Origin: a virus
Direction: 5' to 3' (one strand)
IMG/VR virus record: IMGVR_UViG_3300027644_000004
Span: 1-64,000 of that record
Length of the DNA: 64,000 bases
A program made the position numbers and the translations under genes. Positions 28,195 through 37,846 of the stretch are shown here, one piece after another. Each line of letters begins with the position of its first letter. The first letter of the stretch is position 1. Under the pieces are notes generated by a model. It searched no databases. It had not been told where the DNA came from and worked only from the letters and a program-made list of their open reading frames with translations.

Positions 28195-28589
28195 CGGAAG
28201 AAACTGAACAAGAAAAACTCATTCGACACCTTCGCGGTGTAAGACCGGTGGTCATCAACTCCTGTCACGGCGGATTTGGCCTGAGTCACGAGGCCCGTGT
28301 GTTGTATCTGAATCGTTCGCGTGTTGATTACACTGTCGAAGATAGAGAAAGTCGTTTCAGCACCCAACAATTGGGTCCGCATATCTTGGTCGATGGTGAA
28401 TCGTTTATTGATCGCCAAATTCCCCGTGATGATCCAGTATTGGTGTCAGTGGTGAGCGAGCTGGGCGAAAGATCCTGGGGTAGACACGCAAAATTAAAAA
28501 TAGTAGAAATTCCTGCCGCAGTCAAGTGGCAAATCGACGAATACGACGGTCGAGAATGGATTGCTGAAACTCACCGAACATGGAACTAA
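28191..28589 (+). CDS. conserved phage protein (INxCHGGFGLS...RDDP.L...IDEYDG.E)
   Basis: Family motifs; ATGA coupling. Confidence 0.75.
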   Translation: MTEETEQEKLIRHLRGVRPVVINSCHGGFGLSHEARVLYLNRSRVDYTVEDRESRFSTQQLGPHILVDGESFIDRQIPRDDPVLVSVVSELGERSWGRHAKLKIVEIPAAVKWQIDEYDGREWIAETHRTWN

Positions 28590-28608
28590 AACGGATAAAT
28601 ATTACACT

Positions 28609-30195
28609 ATGTTTCTAAGTTTAATTACATTAGCAGTGGCCTTGAGCCTGTCGGTCATTGCGGCCTGGTATTCAATTGCAGGTCTTGCGGCCATATTTGC
28701 CGCCGCTGTGGTGCCTATTATGATAATGGGCGGCATACTGGAACTGGCCAAAGTAGTGGTCACACTGTGGTTGCACGAACATTGGTCACGCTGTCGTTGG
28801 CTAATGAAGTGTTACCTGGTGCCGGCAGTGTTTATGCTGATGGTTATTACTTCCATGGGTATCTTTGGATTTCTTTCAAAAGCACACATGGACCAGGATA
28901 TGGTCACAGGCGATGTGCAGGCCAAGATTGCCATTTACGATGAAAAGATACGAGTTGAAAAGGAAAACATAGATGTTAATCGCAAAGCACTCAAACAGAT
29001 GGATGAGGCAGTGGATCAAGTTATGGGTCGCAGTCAGGACGAAAAGGGCGCAGAAAAAGCCGTTACCATTCGAAGAGCCCAGCAGAAAGAACGTGCTCGC
29101 CTCCTTGCGGACATTGCAGAAGCTCAAAAGAAAATCACAGCACTCAATGAACAACGTGCGCCAATTGCCGCTGAAGTACGCAAAGTAGAAGCCGAAGTCG
29201 GTCCGATCAAATACATAGCCGCATTGATATATGATGACAGTCTCGACACAAATGTACTGGAAAAAGCAGTGCGTTGGGTTATCATTGTGTTGGTCATAGT
29301 GTTTGATCCGTTGGCCATTATGATGTTGCTGGCCGCCACTGAAAGCCTAAGGTGGAACAGAGAAAAACAACAGGTTGCTCCGATACCAGTCACTGAAACG
29401 CCGGCCGCAGGACCAGAACCTGAGCCAGATGATGGGCCACTTAGTGATCAACAAGTTGAACAAATTAAAAAATCTGCTGTAGAATTTGGATTGCCCAATG
29501 GTGAGTTGAATGACAAGGACAATTTGTTCTTGCAAGCTCATGCAATCGACTGTTTCAAATGCGGAACCCAATTGGTACTTGCACCGGGCATTGGTCTTTT
29601 CTGTCCCAACAAAGAGTGTGACACAACAGACAATGTGCCAGCCGCAGAGACTACAGCAACAAGCATTGAATCAGCACAAGACACTGATAAACAAGAGATA
29701 GAGACAGCATTGCCCACGGGTGAACAAGAATTTGTAGCAGTAGATGATGATGAACTAGATGGCATGGATGCAGCAACCAAGGCCGCGGCTCGACGCTGGA
29801 AAGATGCAAATCCTTCTCGCACTTTGAAATCCCAGCGAAGACTATACGATACAGGCCAGATTGATCAATTGCCCTGGATGACTCCAGATTACTACATACA
29901 ACTGGTACCAGATAATTTGGCAGCACACGAAACTCAATCGGGATTTGGGGCAACTTTTCCCAAGGATCCAATCAAAGGCGATACTTATGTTCGTACAGAT
30001 CGTTCGCCAAGTGTGTTGCATAAGTTCAACGGCCACAGCTGGATTGAAGTCAACAAAGACCTAAATACTCGTTATGCGTACAATGAAGCATATATTGATC
30101 ATTTGATTGCTCAAATAGATTCCGGTGCGTATGATCCAGAATTGTTGAGCGAGGCAGAAAGAGATCAAATTGAACGCCGCTTGACTGGAAATTGA
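28609..30195 (+). CDS. membrane protein: TM helices, long coiled coil, CxxC..CPxxxC Zn ribbon
   Basis: Start after GATAAATA (28594); three N-terminal TMs, VFDPLA TM, CFKCG...CPNKEC. Confidence 0.7.
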   Translation: MFLSLITLAVALSLSVIAAWYSIAGLAAIFAAAVVPIMIMGGILELAKVVVTLWLHEHWSRCRWLMKCYLVPAVFMLMVITSMGIFGFLSKAHMDQDMVTGDVQAKIAIYDEKIRVEKENIDVNRKALKQMDEAVDQVMGRSQDEKGAEKAVTIRRAQQKERARLLADIAEAQKKITALNEQRAPIAAEVRKVEAEVGPIKYIAALIYDDSLDTNVLEKAVRWVIIVLVIVFDPLAIMMLLAATESLRWNREKQQVAPIPVTETPAAGPEPEPDDGPLSDQQVEQIKKSAVEFGLPNGELNDKDNLFLQAHAIDCFKCGTQLVLAPGIGLFCPNKECDTTDNVPAAETTATSIESAQDTDKQEIETALPTGEQEFVAVDDDELDGMDAATKAAARRWKDANPSRTLKSQRRLYDTGQIDQLPWMTPDYYIQLVPDNLAAHETQSGFGATFPKDPIKGDTYVRTDRSPSVLHKFNGHSWIEVNKDLNTRYAYNEAYIDHLIAQIDSGAYDPELLSEAERDQIERRLTGN

Positions 30196-30196
30196 T

Positions 30197-31390
30197 ATGA
30201 CAACTAAGCCAACGCCTACACAATGTAATTTTTGCAACAAGCACAAGGATCAAGTTTTTAAACTAATTGTCGGGCACAATGTTGGTATCTGCAACGAGTG
30301 TGTGGACTTTTGTCATGGCCTGTTGATCAAAGAGCAGCCTAAAAAATCCACTGCAGATGCCACAGCAGATCCAAGAGAAATGCACCGATATCTAGACCAA
30401 TACATTGTTGGCCAAGCCGCTGCCAAGATTGTTCTCAGTGTGGCCATTGTGAACCACTACAAACGCATTACCAACACTGATGGCGAAATGCAAAAGGCCA
30501 ATATTTTAATGACCGGTCCCACTGGCACAGGTAAAACTTTAATGGCCCGCACCATAGCTCGATACCTGGATGTTCCGTTCGTGATTGCTGATGCAACTAC
30601 CTTGACCGAAGCCGGGTATGTGGGCGACGATGTTGACAGTGTGATTGCCCGACTGTACCATGCCAGTGGCAACGATGTGGAACGCACACAACGTGGAATT
30701 GTGTTCCTAGACGAAATAGATAAAATTGCTCGTAAAAGCGAAAGTAGTACAGTGACTCGAGATGTGTCAGGCGAAGGCGTACAACAAGCTCTGCTCAAAC
30801 TGATTGAAGGCACAAAATGCAAGGTGCCAAATTCTAACACGAGAAAAACAGCCAGCAGCAGTGAAACAATTGATATTGACACTGCCAACATCTTGTTCAT
30901 AGCTGGTGGCGCATTTGTTGGGCTGGATCAAGTGGTTAAAAAACGAACACAAGGAACCTCTATTGGTTTTGGTGCCGCGTTCAACAAAGAAAAATTATCC
31001 GACGCAGTTACACCTGACGATCTGGTTCGCTATGGTATGATTCCTGAATTTGTTGGGCGATTTCCGTCGTTTATACAGTTGGAAGAACTGACTAAGAACC
31101 AACTGGTGACCATTCTAACCGAAGTAAAGAACAACCTGGTTGAACAATACAAATGGCTGTTTGAGCAAGACGGAGTAGCCCTGGACTTTGATCATGACAG
31201 TTTGGATCTAATTGCCGAACGCACATTTACCACCAAGACCGGCGCTCGTGGCCTACACACCGAACTGGAACGAGTGCTACTGCCGCACATGTACAATTTG
31301 AAAGATTACCAATCACGCAACGTTTTAAAAATTGCCATTGATAAAACACAAGTTGTTAATCCTATCAAACTGGCACAACAAAATTCTTAA
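30197..31390 (+). CDS. clpX: ATP-dependent Clp protease ATPase ClpX
   Basis: C4 Zn finger, GPTGTGKT, TEAGYVGDD, DEIDK, RDVSGEGVQQALL, IGF loop, GARGL. Confidence 0.97.
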   Translation: MTTKPTPTQCNFCNKHKDQVFKLIVGHNVGICNECVDFCHGLLIKEQPKKSTADATADPREMHRYLDQYIVGQAAAKIVLSVAIVNHYKRITNTDGEMQKANILMTGPTGTGKTLMARTIARYLDVPFVIADATTLTEAGYVGDDVDSVIARLYHASGNDVERTQRGIVFLDEIDKIARKSESSTVTRDVSGEGVQQALLKLIEGTKCKVPNSNTRKTASSSETIDIDTANILFIAGGAFVGLDQVVKKRTQGTSIGFGAAFNKEKLSDAVTPDDLVRYGMIPEFVGRFPSFIQLEELTKNQLVTILTEVKNNLVEQYKWLFEQDGVALDFDHDSLDLIAERTFTTKTGARGLHTELERVLLPHMYNLKDYQSRNVLKIAIDKTQVVNPIKLAQQNS

Positions 31391-31450
31391 CAGTTGACAC
31401 AGCGCCCTGCCTGTGTTAAACTATTGTTTAATTCATTACAAGGAAAAACT

Positions 31451-31759
31451 ATGAAACTAACTCCCATTCGCGACCGCATTGTTGTGCGTCTTATTGATGT
31501 GGAAACTACCACTGCCAGTGGTTTGATTATTCCAGATGCTGCTGCTGAAAAACCCAGCCAGGGCGATGTGTTGGCAGTGGGCACAGGGAAGATTGCAGAA
31601 GACGGCACAGTGGTGCCAATGGCAGTCAAGGTTGGTGATCGTATTTTGTTCAGTAAAACTGCTGTGCAAACGGTCAAAGTTGACAAGGAAGAATTCAACA
31701 TGGTGTACGAAAGTGATGTTATGGCAGTTGTAAAAAACCCGTCAGATAACAATGCTTAA
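31451..31759 (+). CDS. groES: co-chaperonin GroES
   Basis: [27 protein letters not shown]; AAGGA RBS. Confidence 0.95.
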   Translation: MKLTPIRDRIVVRLIDVETTTASGLIIPDAAAEKPSQGDVLAVGTGKIAEDGTVVPMAVKVGDRILFSKTAVQTVKVDKEEFNMVYESDVMAVVKNPSDNNA

Positions 31760-31767
31760 TAAATACG

Positions 31768-31833
31768 TGTGTGGATGCCGATAGTCGGGTCTACATGGTA
31801 TAGTCAACTTGCTTAATAAGGAGAAAACAAATG
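31768..31833 (+). promoter_or_regulatory. ROSE-like two-hairpin RNA thermometer leader of hsp20
   Basis: Hairpin GGAT(G)CCGA-TAG-TCGGGTCT; SD hairpin CTT(G)CTT-AAT-AAGGAG with the UUGCU motif. Confidence 0.65.
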
Positions 31834-32298
31834 ACTAAAACTTTAACACTTCGCAGTTTCGATATTCCCACACTCAACAAATTTGGTATCGGTTTTGATA
31901 ACATGTTTGATGAACTCATGCGTGTGAGTGCCCAACAAGGCAGCACCAACTACCCACCTTACGATATTGTGCAAATCAACGATGATGAGTACATGATCAG
32001 CGTGGCTGTGGCTGGCTTTGGGCATGATAATCTTTCGGTTACCAAGGACAAAAAGTTCTTGATTATTGAAGGCAAACACAGCCGTGAAAATGTGGAAAAT
32101 GAAGATAGCAGTGCAAAGTACCTGCACAAAGGTATCAGTGAGCGTAGTTTCCGCAGAGAATTCCAATTGGCAGATCACGTGGAAATCAGCAACGCACACC
32201 TTGAACTTGGCATCTTGAGTATTCACTTAAAACGTGAAATACCCGAGGAAGCCAAGCCAAAGGCCATTGCTATCACTTACACATCGGACTTGAAATAA
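31831..32298 (+). CDS. ibpA: small heat-shock protein Hsp20 (IbpA-like)
   Basis: NYPPYDI, AVAGF, YLHKGIS.RSF.R.F.LA, GILSI.L. Confidence 0.95.
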   Translation: MTKTLTLRSFDIPTLNKFGIGFDNMFDELMRVSAQQGSTNYPPYDIVQINDDEYMISVAVAGFGHDNLSVTKDKKFLIIEGKHSRENVENEDSSAKYLHKGISERSFRREFQLADHVEISNAHLELGILSIHLKREIPEEAKPKAIAITYTSDLK

Positions 32299-32346
32299 TG
32301 TAAATACAATGGGGGCCAGTGGCTCCCATTTACCTAAGGATATAAT

Positions 32347-32658
32347 ATGTCATCACAAGATACCAGCACAATAACAAGACCAAAAATAGAATTGAGCGAA
32401 CCACCGTTGTTTAAAATAATCTATTTGAATGACAACAAAACATCTGTGGATTTTGTGATTGAGAGTTTGATTACACATTTTGAATACACAGCAGAAACCG
32501 CTGTGACCATTACAGAAGATATTCACAACACTGGATCTGCTGTGGTTGCAATCTTGCCTTATGAAATTGCTGAACAAAAGGGCATAGAGGTAACATTGGA
32601 TGCTCGCAGTAACAATTATCCCCTGCAGATAAAACTTGAGCCGGAAACAGTAAATTAA
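32347..32658 (+). CDS. clpS: Clp protease adaptor ClpS
   Basis: PP.FKIIYLND..T..DFV, IH..GSAV, EIAE.K, YPL. Confidence 0.9.
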   Translation: MSSQDTSTITRPKIELSEPPLFKIIYLNDNKTSVDFVIESLITHFEYTAETAVTITEDIHNTGSAVVAILPYEIAEQKGIEVTLDARSNNYPLQIKLEPETVN

Positions 32659-33446
32659 AGATCGATCACAATGCGTCGAGGATGATAGGCTGGTATCCAT
32701 TGGCTGGAATCCTCGACTCTTCCTCGGCAATTGTTCACATATCGAATGCGATCAATGTTCTGATCTATTGATCCGTGATAGTGTCCAAAGCACCAGGTTT
32801 TAACTTTGTTTTCTGTGTCGGAGTCCAGGACCATCTGCATGAGTGAATTGCCCATTACATTGAACTTGTAGGTAGAAGTGATGTCAATATCGTGGTCAAC
32901 CAATACCGGGGTTGGCACGGTGTGTGTGACCAACACAATGGATTTAACATCAGGATGAGTTTGAAGTTTTTTAATACTGTTTCTCAAATACGCAACGTCG
33001 TTGTAGGCCATGCTGTGTATGGCTGCTGCCACTGGCTGACCAACATCCATCATGTCGCAGTACCATAGTCTGCACTGTTCGTCACTGATGCTGGGATCAA
33101 AATCAAAAGTCCACCATCCATTGGTGCCAACAAATGCAACACCATCAACAATCACACAGTTGTCTTGTAAAAACACTACATTTTCAATGCCAGCAATGGC
33201 TTCTTCCAGTATGTTGTAACTGTCACTGAGTGAATCTAAACTGAATCTATGCTCGTTGTTGCCGTCTATATAAAATACCGCTCGGTAACACTGTGCCAGA
33301 TGTTCCAAGGTTTCGCGTACAATTTCAACGTCTACGGAAATATCGCCGGCCACAACGCATATTGGGCTAGTGGCCAGGCCGGTCCAATCAAAGGTGTCTT
33401 TGGCACCCAAATGTAGGTCTGAAATTAAATCGAATGTAACTTGCAT
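32655..33446 (-). CDS. calcineurin-like metallophosphoesterase
   Basis: SDLH, AGD, GNNEH, THTVP, FGHYH. Confidence 0.9.
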   Translation of the reverse strand: MQVTFDLISDLHLGAKDTFDWTGLATSPICVVAGDISVDVEIVRETLEHLAQCYRAVFYIDGNNEHRFSLDSLSDSYNILEEAIAGIENVVFLQDNCVIVDGVAFVGTNGWWTFDFDPSISDEQCRLWYCDMMDVGQPVAAAIHSMAYNDVAYLRNSIKKLQTHPDVKSIVLVTHTVPTPVLVDHDIDITSTYKFNVMGNSLMQMVLDSDTENKVKTWCFGHYHGSIDQNIDRIRYVNNCRGRVEDSSQWIPAYHPRRIVIDL

Positions 33447-33472
33447 GATACATATTTAAAAGGAAATGAACC

Positions 33473-33832
33473 GTGAACATTATTATTGACCCAGATCAAA
33501 TTGATCGTTATAGAGAAAACTACACAGTGTTAGAACTGGACACTATTCGTATTGTACCGCTGAACAAGTTGGTCACAGCCTACTGTGTTGTTGATACAAT
33601 ACCCATTGTTGAATTGCCGCTGACGCAAAGCAAAATCAATCTACATGCTAATCTGTTGATCAATTATCGTAAACGAGACTGGAACTATTGCCATCAAGCT
33701 CTGGATCATTTGATTGGCAGCTGGAACAAAGAACTAGACAGTTTCTATGAAGACATTAGATCTCGAATTAATGCATACATGAAAAATGATCCCGGAGATC
33801 ACTGGGACGGCGTGATTGAAAAACACGATTAA
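33473..33832 (+). CDS. protein resembling the C-terminal part of CHASE2-type class III adenylate cyclases
   Basis: ELDTI.I...AY...YRKRDW...Y...RI...P...WDGV; AAGGA RBS. Confidence 0.45.
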   Translation: MNIIIDPDQIDRYRENYTVLELDTIRIVPLNKLVTAYCVVDTIPIVELPLTQSKINLHANLLINYRKRDWNYCHQALDHLIGSWNKELDSFYEDIRSRINAYMKNDPGDHWDGVIEKHD

Positions 33833-35157
33833 TTCAACCTGTGACTTTTTAAATATTGATTGTAGTAAGTTCTTGCTCGAATCAGCATGGCTTGACTGCG
33901 TCGTAGACAATCCGGAACTCTAATTTCTGCCATTCTGTTGCTGAATATTTTTTTGTTTGCTCTTAGTATGTTGTAGTATGCAATTCTCAAGTTGATAAAA
34001 GTTTTGCCAGTATTGGTATCTTCTAATTCGGTCAATCCAGATTTGAGATTGGTTTTTAATTCGTCCAACACCAATCCAAAAAAATCATCACTGAAAAAAT
34101 GTTTTTTATTGTATTGGGTAATTTCTTTAATTTTTGCCCGGTTGGCCTCTTGCTCAGCAGGAGTCCATTGAACAATTTGTTTCATCGCTGCAACAATCAA
34201 ATTCAATCTAGTCACAGGATCTTGTTCAGTATCATAACTTTCGTCGATAACGTCTGAGAACGTTTTAAATCCGTACTCACGCAGATATTGCAAACTCCCC
34301 GGAGTTGATGCCAACATAAAAGGATGTCCACATGCAATAGGCCTCAGTATTTTTTCTGTCAGTTGAATTTTTGTGTCGTCGAACAGTGTTTCCAATACTA
34401 TTTCAATTTTGGTGTTGGCGTAATCTTCCATGCAAAAATCTGCGCTGGACCAGCCTGGAGCATCCGTAGCAGAGTATGTGTCTTGCAACGTATCTGTTTG
34501 TAGATTTGAATTTTTAAACACATGGTCAGTGTAATGGATTCCGGAATCAGGATCAATGGCATTGAACGAAGTTTTGCAATCATCTATTAGATTATTTTTT
34601 TGCAATAAGTCTACAAATTTAATTCTATATTCTCTAGTTCCTGCCCAGGCGCGGTTATAAATCAGAAATTGTGTTTGAGTCGCAGCAGGCTTTATATCAA
34701 TGTGTTTTACATAACGAAACCAGTCTAGTGCAATAACAGCATGTGCCCAATAGTACACAGGAATAAAATGACTGTTTTTGTACATGTAAACATCCTGAGA
34801 ACATTTTTCACTGTGCAATAACAAACATTTGTCGTAGATGTTCCAAGGATCTGTTCTTAGATTGTATTTGTTGGGCAGCACCAGTTCCTGGTTGTAGGAA
34901 TTTTTGTGATAAACATGAGCCTTTGTGTGATTACTTTTTTGATAAAAATTATAATCCAATGGTTCCTGATCATTACAAAAAATTTGAGGCAACAGCACAC
35001 AGTCTGAATCAAGCAATGTTGGCATACTTAAAAGATCAAGATCCTCAATATTTTTTGAACCGTGAGGACTAAATCGATAAATTAATATGGGATTGTTGTG
35101 AACTTGCTCAGCAACATCTTGTATGTAATGATACAATCTATCTAAAGGAATACTCAT
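33829..35157 (-). CDS. glycosyltransferase-like protein (paralog 2)
   Basis: LTEKILRPI..GHPF..SLQYLREYGFKTF..IDESYD. Confidence 0.6.
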   Translation of the reverse strand: MSIPLDRLYHYIQDVAEQVHNNPILIYRFSPHGSKNIEDLDLLSMPTLLDSDCVLLPQIFCNDQEPLDYNFYQKSNHTKAHVYHKNSYNQELVLPNKYNLRTDPWNIYDKCLLLHSEKCSQDVYMYKNSHFIPVYYWAHAVIALDWFRYVKHIDIKPAATQTQFLIYNRAWAGTREYRIKFVDLLQKNNLIDDCKTSFNAIDPDSGIHYTDHVFKNSNLQTDTLQDTYSATDAPGWSSADFCMEDYANTKIEIVLETLFDDTKIQLTEKILRPIACGHPFMLASTPGSLQYLREYGFKTFSDVIDESYDTEQDPVTRLNLIVAAMKQIVQWTPAEQEANRAKIKEITQYNKKHFFSDDFFGLVLDELKTNLKSGLTELEDTNTGKTFINLRIAYYNILRANKKIFSNRMAEIRVPDCLRRSQAMLIRARTYYNQYLKSHRLN

Positions 35158-35160
35158 AAT

Positions 35161-36405
35161 ATGAAAAACATAGGCTTTATTGGCATTGGGAAATTAGGCA
35201 TGGACTGCGCCGAAGTCATGGCAGAAAAATTCACAGTCCGGGGTTACGATATTTACCCAAGAACCAGTGACCTAGTAAAAGTTTGCAGCATCGAAGAAAC
35301 CATAAATGAAAGTGAGTGGATTTTTGTTGCAGTACCTACTCCGCACACAGAAGGTTACGATGGTAGTTTACCATCAAGCCATTTGACACCACGAGATTTT
35401 GGACACGATGCAGTCAAAGACGCTATTACAAACATTAACAAATATGCCACGTCACCCAAAAAAGTAGTGCTGATTTCAACTGTGCTGCCAGGCACCACCC
35501 GCAAGTACTTTGTGCCACTGCTGGACAAAAAGCACCAGTTTTTATACAACCCTTATTTGATTGCCATGGGATCGGTCAAGTGGGACATGGTCAATCCTGA
35601 AATGATCATGATTGGCACCGAAGACGGCAATCCAAACGCATTGGCCGGCGAACTGGTAGAAATTTACAATCAGATCATGCAAAACAATCCACGCTACGAA
35701 ATCGGTACCTGGGACGAGTGCGAAGCAATCAAGATCTTCTACAACACATTTATTTCAGCCAAGGTTGGATTGGCAAACATGATTCAAGACTTTGCCATAA
35801 AGATTGGCAACATCAATGTGGATGTGGTAACTAACGCACTGGCTCGCAGTACCATGCGTATCATGGGTCCAAAATACATGACAGCCGGCATGGGCGATGC
35901 AGGTGCTTGCCATCCGCGTGACAACATTGCCTTGCGCTGGTTGGCACAAGAATATGATCTCGGTTATGACATGTTTGACACCATCATGCATGCTCGCGAA
36001 ATACAAGCAAAAAATCTTGCCAAGTTTTTAGTTGACGAAGCCAAGGCCCGTGGTGTAAGTGTGGTAATTCACGGCAAGGCCTACAAGCCCGATGTGCCCT
36101 ACTGTATTGGATCGTACAGTACCTTGATTGGACACTACGTGAAAGAAGCAGGATTCAATGTTAGCTATCTTGATCCGCTGGCTGACGACCCAACAGAAGT
36201 GGTGTCTGAATTGACCGGTCCTTGTGTGTTATTGCTGGCACATAATAGACAGGTAACGTATGGATATACCGGAAAAGACAATGTAGATAAATTCTATTGC
36301 GACATTCCCAAAGGCACTGTCATTGTTGATCCTTGGCGCACGTTGCCGGAGACCATGCCAGACATTGAAGTAATACATTACGGAAACACAAGAAACAAAA
36401 AATGA
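35161..36405 (+). CDS. ugd: UDP-glucose/GDP-mannose dehydrogenase family
   Basis: GIGKLG, AVPTP, STVLPGT, E.IK..YN, GACHPRD, AYKP. Confidence 0.9.
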   Translation: MKNIGFIGIGKLGMDCAEVMAEKFTVRGYDIYPRTSDLVKVCSIEETINESEWIFVAVPTPHTEGYDGSLPSSHLTPRDFGHDAVKDAITNINKYATSPKKVVLISTVLPGTTRKYFVPLLDKKHQFLYNPYLIAMGSVKWDMVNPEMIMIGTEDGNPNALAGELVEIYNQIMQNNPRYEIGTWDECEAIKIFYNTFISAKVGLANMIQDFAIKIGNINVDVVTNALARSTMRIMGPKYMTAGMGDAGACHPRDNIALRWLAQEYDLGYDMFDTIMHAREIQAKNLAKFLVDEAKARGVSVVIHGKAYKPDVPYCIGSYSTLIGHYVKEAGFNVSYLDPLADDPTEVVSELTGPCVLLLAHNRQVTYGYTGKDNVDKFYCDIPKGTVIVDPWRTLPETMPDIEVIHYGNTRNKK

Positions 36406-36917
36406 TACACAATCCGCGGAAATATCAATTATATAAATTCTGGGACGAAGAGTTTAAAACGCTGGACTATATCAACGAACCTTTCAACGATCCTGCTAGT
36501 GTAGAATTATGGCAAAGCCAAGGATACCAAAGTAAAATTTGTGGCGATCTATGTGACATGCGACATCAACTACCAGGGTGGGCAACAAAGTTTATAGATA
36601 TGTACCGAGCACAAGGATGGCAAGACATTGGATTGGCATTTTATCGCATGCCTACAGGAACAGTGATGCCGGTACATAAAGATTTATACAAACGATACAT
36701 TGAACTGTTTAATTTACAAGGCCGAGAACAGTCAATACATCGTGCTCTGGTACTGCTGGAAGATTGGCGGCCTGGGCACTATCTCGAAGTTGATGGTGTT
36801 CCTTATGTTGACTGGAAAGCCGGCCAAACAGTGGAATGGATCTACGATACACCGCACATGGCAGCCAACATTGGTCTTGAAGACCGATACACCTTGCAAA
36901 TTACAGGCCATTTTTAA
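36402..36917 (+). CDS. 2OG-Fe(II)/cupin oxygenase-like protein
   Basis: MPVHKD (HxD) ... PHMAANIG...RYTLQI. Confidence 0.7.
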   Translation: MIHNPRKYQLYKFWDEEFKTLDYINEPFNDPASVELWQSQGYQSKICGDLCDMRHQLPGWATKFIDMYRAQGWQDIGLAFYRMPTGTVMPVHKDLYKRYIELFNLQGREQSIHRALVLLEDWRPGHYLEVDGVPYVDWKAGQTVEWIYDTPHMAANIGLEDRYTLQITGHF

Positions 36918-36919
36918 AT

Positions 36920-37846
36920 ATGACAATATCAAGCTATAATGAATGGGATCCACTGGAAGAAATAGTGGTTGGTACAGCCACACAGGCCAATTGGCCCACC
37001 AACGATCCAGTGTTTGCTATGGAAAGTGAAAAGACTTCCTGGAAAGAAACTCCTGTGCCGTCCGGTGCAGTACCGCAGTGGATTGTGGACGAAGCCAATG
37101 AAGATCTTGATGAGTTGTCCAACACGCTGACACAGTTGGGCGTGACAGTGCGTCGCCCCGCTGACATGAACTTTCCTGACTTGGGTGGCATGTACAACTA
37201 CTGCCCTAGAGATCGGTTGTTGATAGCAGGATCCACAGTGATTGATCCTGCCATGATGTATCCGTGTAGAGACATGGAAATTGGCGCACTTGACTTTGTG
37301 ATTGATCGTGCTGATCAGGTCCTGACCATGCCCAGAGATCGCGGCATGGTGCTGGATGCTGCCAACATACTGCGACTGGGCAAAGACAAGTACTTGTTTT
37401 TGGAAAGCGCCAGTGGCAATCGTGCTGCCTGGGCCTGGTTGTTGGCCAACATGCCCACATCTACCAGCATGGAAGTGTGTAATTTTTATGCTGGTGTGCA
37501 TATTGATTCTACCATTGTTCCTTTGCGCGAAGGCCTGGTGTTGTTGAATGGTGCCAGAGTAACTCCCGAAACCTGCCCCGCAGTGTTCAAAGACTGGGAG
37601 TGTATATACATCAATGATGTAGTGCCACAAGGGTTTTACAAATACCCCTATGCATCAAAATGGATTGCCATGAACATGTTGGTAGTGAATCCCAACACAG
37701 TGATAGTTGATGCTGCACAGCACGACTTGATCGAACTACTGACAAAAAAGAATTTCACAGTGATACCAAGAACTCTTAGACACAGCAGAACACTGGGTGG
37801 AGGATTTCATTGCGTGACTCTTGACCTACGGAGAAAACATGTCTGA
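36920..37846 (+). CDS. amidinotransferase (glycine/inosamine-phosphate family)
   Basis: NEWDPLEEIVVG, CPRD, DAAN, HIDST, GGGFHCVT. Confidence 0.92.
   Translation: MTISSYNEWDPLEEIVVGTATQANWPTNDPVFAMESEKTSWKETPVPSGAVPQWIVDEANEDLDELSNTLTQLGVTVRRPADMNFPDLGGMYNYCPRDRLLIAGSTVIDPAMMYPCRDMEIGALDFVIDRADQVLTMPRDRGMVLDAANILRLGKDKYLFLESASGNRAAWAWLLANMPTSTSMEVCNFYAGVHIDSTIVPLREGLVLLNGARVTPETCPAVFKDWECIYINDVVPQGFYKYPYASKWIAMNMLVVNPNTVIVDAAQHDLIELLTKKNFTVIPRTLRHSRTLGGGFHCVTLDLRRKHV

Noticed and set aside
30197-32658. Bacterial chromosome or prophage-flank origin of the chaperone genes
   Set aside because: Interleaved with phage genes and TAAATA promoters; gene order unlike bacterial operons (no groEL, tig, lon or clpA alongside).
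36929-37630. 233-aa antisense ORF, and other long shadow ORFs such as 57633-58217, 59514-60092 and 24105-24566
   Set aside because: Lie opposite well-supported genes, lack RBS and motifs, and are explained by codon bias or repeats.
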